A stretch of 63,973 nucleotides of DNA, counting the filler, from Pseudovirgaria hyperparasitica (taxonomy: Eukaryota), in assembly GCA_010093815.1 (NCBI GenBank). It is 5 parts of 5 records of this genome, joined end to end, with 100 filler letters (N's around TTAATTAATTAA, not from the genome) between each part and the next. Parts side by side here need not be neighbours in the genome. Positions count along the whole stretch, not along the records: positions 62,846 to 63,973 come from ML996624.1; 4 more parts are not named here. The stretch is one strand, 5' to 3'. The position numbers were made by a program, and so were the translations under genes. This document shows, in pieces, positions 63,201-63,973 of the stretch; position 1 is the first letter of the stretch; each line of letters opens with the position of its first letter. The notes beneath the pieces are model-generated. The model was given only the letters and a program-made list of their open reading frames with translations. It was not told where the DNA came from and searched no databases.

Positions 63201-63973
63201 TATTAAGGGTATACCTTATTATAATATATATAATAGTAATTATAGATAGTAGAATTAGTTAGAATATACTACTATAGTACTTCTTTAATCTAAGGAATCT
63301 TAGGGACTATAGTAGAACTAACTTTAGAGTCTTAATTACTACTAGCCCTATAAATATTTTCTAAGTTATACTAGTATTATACTAATAATTAGTAATACAT
63401 CTAATATAATATAAGTAATATACCTTTACTTCTATATACGCGTTATTATATATTAGATTACTTATACTAGCTTTTCTCTTCTTAGCTATCTTCTAGTTCT
63501 AGTATTTAGATACTATCTATCTAACTCTAGAGAGGAGTTAGTAATAGAAGTCTATTATATCTTTCTTTACTAGCGTAATAATATAGATAGAAGGTATATT
63601 TTATAAATTATAATTAAGGTAGTAGCTACTAAGATTAATATCTCCGGTAGCTATCTAGGCTAATTATACTAGTATTCTAAAACTATCTAGGCTACTATCT
63701 AGCTATATATTAAGGTAATTAAATACTAGTAGTAACCGGCCTAAAAACGTTATAGCGATTAAAATCTCTATTATTATAAGGTACCGGTCTCGTTTATAAG
63801 GCTAGAGACTATCTCTATAGAACCGCCTCTTTTTATAGATAGTTAGTTCCCTCTCTACTACTATTTCTCTACCTTCTTCTATTAAGCTAGATAGCTAATA
63901 TAGTAGAGGAGAGGACGTAAGGCCGTTATTGTAAACTTAACCTCTACTATATCTAATAAGTTTATATAAGGTA

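Overview
Filamentous ascomycete (fungal) genomic window, made of at least five contigs joined by artificial N-TTAATTAATTAA-N spacers (about 17236-17335, 45240-45339, 61119-61218, 62746-62845), so adjacency across the spacers is unproven. Two AT/TpA-rich blocks look mutated by repeat-induced point mutation (RIP). Block 1-17235 is a three-layer nest: Copia gag < Tad1-like LINE < 11.4-kb Ty3/Gypsy LTR element carrying an extra ~980-codon ORF. Block 45340-61118 holds a second full LINE inserted in a SNF2-helicase relic, plus other relics. Between them, 17336-45239 is a mostly normal-GC accessory island. It contains a pogo relic, an intact 794-codon Spok-like gene (coiled-coil, PD-(D/E)XK nuclease, Cys cluster, kinase), a small spliced gene, a TIR-rich IS630/Tc1 cluster with an accessory ORF, three MITEs, an MFS pseudogene, a DUF3723 fragment and several inverted or deleted duplications. 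This content suggests a decaying Starship-type cargo region, although no captain recombinase is visible. The most unexplained signal is a 31-39 bp palindrome (ancestral TTATTAGTCAAGGGCWGCCCTTGACTAATAA) present seven times in two unrelated retroelement classes, mostly at ORF boundaries. All family calls come from reading motifs by eye; no database search was run.
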